A stretch of 61,443 nucleotides of DNA, the filler included. It is 4 parts of 4 records of this genome, joined end to end, with 100 filler letters (N's around TTAATTAATTAA, not from the genome) between each part and the next. Parts side by side here need not be neighbours in the genome. Positions count along the whole stretch, not along the records: positions 56,232 to 61,443 come from SRR20825010_3173; 3 more parts are not named here. The stretch is one strand, 5' to 3'. The translations under genes and the position numbers were made by a program. Positions 60,078-61,443 of this stretch are shown here, piece after piece. Position 1 is the stretch's first letter. Each line of letters starts with the position of its first letter. The notes under the pieces were generated by a model that searched no databases, had not been told where the DNA came from, and saw only the letters and a list, made by a program, of their open reading frames with translations.

Positions 60078-61379
60078 ATGACACCGTTCGATTTCATTCA
60101 TGGTCTACAGTGGGACGATCTGCCCGACCCCGTCCGCGCGCAAGCAAAGCGTTGTCTGCTGGATCTGATCGGTGTGGCGGCCGGAGGTCTGGCGACCGAT
60201 ATGTCACGGATCACCCGCGACCACGCGGCAGAGGATTGCCCCGGTGTCGCACCGATCCTGTTCGACAACCGCACCTCGGCCCCCGTGACGGCGGCGATGG
60301 CGATGGCCACAAGCATCGATAGCCTTGATGGGCACGACGGGTACAACCCCGCCAAGGGTCACATCGGCTGCCCCCTGTTGCCTGCGTTACTGATTTTCGG
60401 ACAACAGGCGCGAATCTCGGGCAAGGGCTTTTTGACCGCCTTGGTCATGGGCTACGAGTTTGGCGCTCGGGCGGCAGAGGCGCAGCATGGCACCTGCCCC
60501 GATTATCACACCTCTGGCAGTTGGGGCGCTGTGACGGCTGCGGCGGCAGGTGCTCGGTTGTTGGCTTTGGATGCGGGGCAAACCCGGCACGCGCTGGGGA
60601 TCGCGGAATACCACGGCCCACGCAGCCAGATGATGCGCTGTATCGACTGGCCCACGATGGTCAAGGATGGCGCGGGCTGGGGCGCGATGAGCGGTGTCTC
60701 GGCGGTGCAACTGGCGCGGCGCGGTTTTACCGGGGCGCCCGCGATCACGGTGGAGCAGGCACCAGAGTATTGGACGGGTCTGGGTACGGACTGGCGTATC
60801 CTGCGGCAGTATTTCAAGCCCTACCCGGTGTGTCGCTGGGCGCAGGCGCCGATTGAGGGCGTGCTGGCGCTGCGGCGGGCGCATGGGTTGTGTGCGGCTG
60901 ACGTCGATCACATCGAGGTGGACAGCTTTCACGAGGCGATCCGGCTGGCGACATCGCGCCCTGAAACAACGGAAGAGGCGCAGTATTCCACGACCTTTCC
61001 CTGTGCGGTGGCGATGGTGCGTGGTGGTCTTACGCCAGCGGATCTGGACGGCGCGGCGCTGCGTGATCCAGAGATCTTGCGCCTGTCAGAAGGGTTGATC
61101 ATGGCAGAGGATGCCAAGGCGAACGCGGCCTTTCCGGGCACGCGGCTGGCGCGGGTCAGGCTGGTGCTGCGGGACGGGCGGGTTTTGGAAAGCGATTGGA
61201 TGAGGCCGCGCTGGGACGCGGAGGATCCGCCGAGTGATGCCGAGTTGGTCGAAAAGTTCCATGCCCTTGCCGATCCGGTTCTGGGACGTGATCGGGCGGA
61301 GGTCATTGCCTCGGTCATTGACCGGCTGGAAGAGGCCCCTTTGACGGCGCTGACCGAGCATCTTTTTCGGGCCCCTTGA
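60078..61379 (+). CDS. MmgE/PrpD family protein
   Basis: LLDLIG, LDGHDG...KGH, YHTSG, YFKPYP.CR, AQYS and EKF; start MTPFD. Confidence 0.9.
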   Translation: MTPFDFIHGLQWDDLPDPVRAQAKRCLLDLIGVAAGGLATDMSRITRDHAAEDCPGVAPILFDNRTSAPVTAAMAMATSIDSLDGHDGYNPAKGHIGCPLLPALLIFGQQARISGKGFLTALVMGYEFGARAAEAQHGTCPDYHTSGSWGAVTAAAAGARLLALDAGQTRHALGIAEYHGPRSQMMRCIDWPTMVKDGAGWGAMSGVSAVQLARRGFTGAPAITVEQAPEYWTGLGTDWRILRQYFKPYPVCRWAQAPIEGVLALRRAHGLCAADVDHIEVDSFHEAIRLATSRPETTEEAQYSTTFPCAVAMVRGGLTPADLDGAALRDPEILRLSEGLIMAEDAKANAAFPGTRLARVRLVLRDGRVLESDWMRPRWDAEDPPSDAELVEKFHALADPVLGRDRAEVIASVIDRLEEAPLTALTEHLFRAP

Positions 61380-61443
61380 GGAGGTGTCCACGCGTGGCGC
61401 AAATCGCGCCATAGTAAAATCAAGGGGTTACAGAGGCGTTTTT

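Noticed and set aside
61418-61430. AATCAA-GGGG-TTA IHF-like site at the window end
   Set aside because: It is a short degenerate match with no downstream context.

Overview
This window is not one locus. It is four unrelated contig pieces joined by three artificial 100-nt spacers (N44-TTAATTAATTAA-N44) at 24178-24277, 41209-41308 and 56132-56231. Segment 1 (1-24177) is a GC-rich alphaproteobacterium. It carries glyQ'-glyS-ppdK, a cytochrome c peroxidase under FNR and Irr boxes, a PRISE-type SDR, a REP-like dimer, sugar-acid genes, a metallophosphoesterase/TTT transporter/GntR module and a deo nucleoside operon. Segment 2 (24278-41208) is a marine-type gammaproteobacterium with Alcanivorax/Pseudomonas-like gene order. 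It carries gltA, sdhCDAB and sucAB-lpd-sucC, then an Xre-RES toxin-antitoxin pair and the 3' end of tRNA-Glu. Segment 3 (41309-56131) is an alphaproteobacterium. It carries a translationally coupled catabolic operon of unknown substrate (liv ABC ATPases, LeuCD-like hydratase, ICL/PrpB-family lyase, hydantoinase B/A, Cys-less isochorismatase, flavoprotein), then an MFS gene, marR-fabF and hisZ-purA. Segment 4 (56232-61443) is Roseobacter-like, with ivd, a TPR-sulfotransferase, a DegT aminotransferase and MmgE/PrpD. The best leads are: (1) a variant guanidine-II-like riboswitch driving a 25-codon decayed gdx/sugE leader ORF that abuts an MFS gene; (2) the uncharacterised ring-opening/hydratase/lyase operon; (3) a PPDK with a rewritten pyruvate/PEP site. 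I saw no CRISPR array, rRNA, integrase or transposase. All product calls come from motif recognition, not database searches, and taxonomic labels are inferences.
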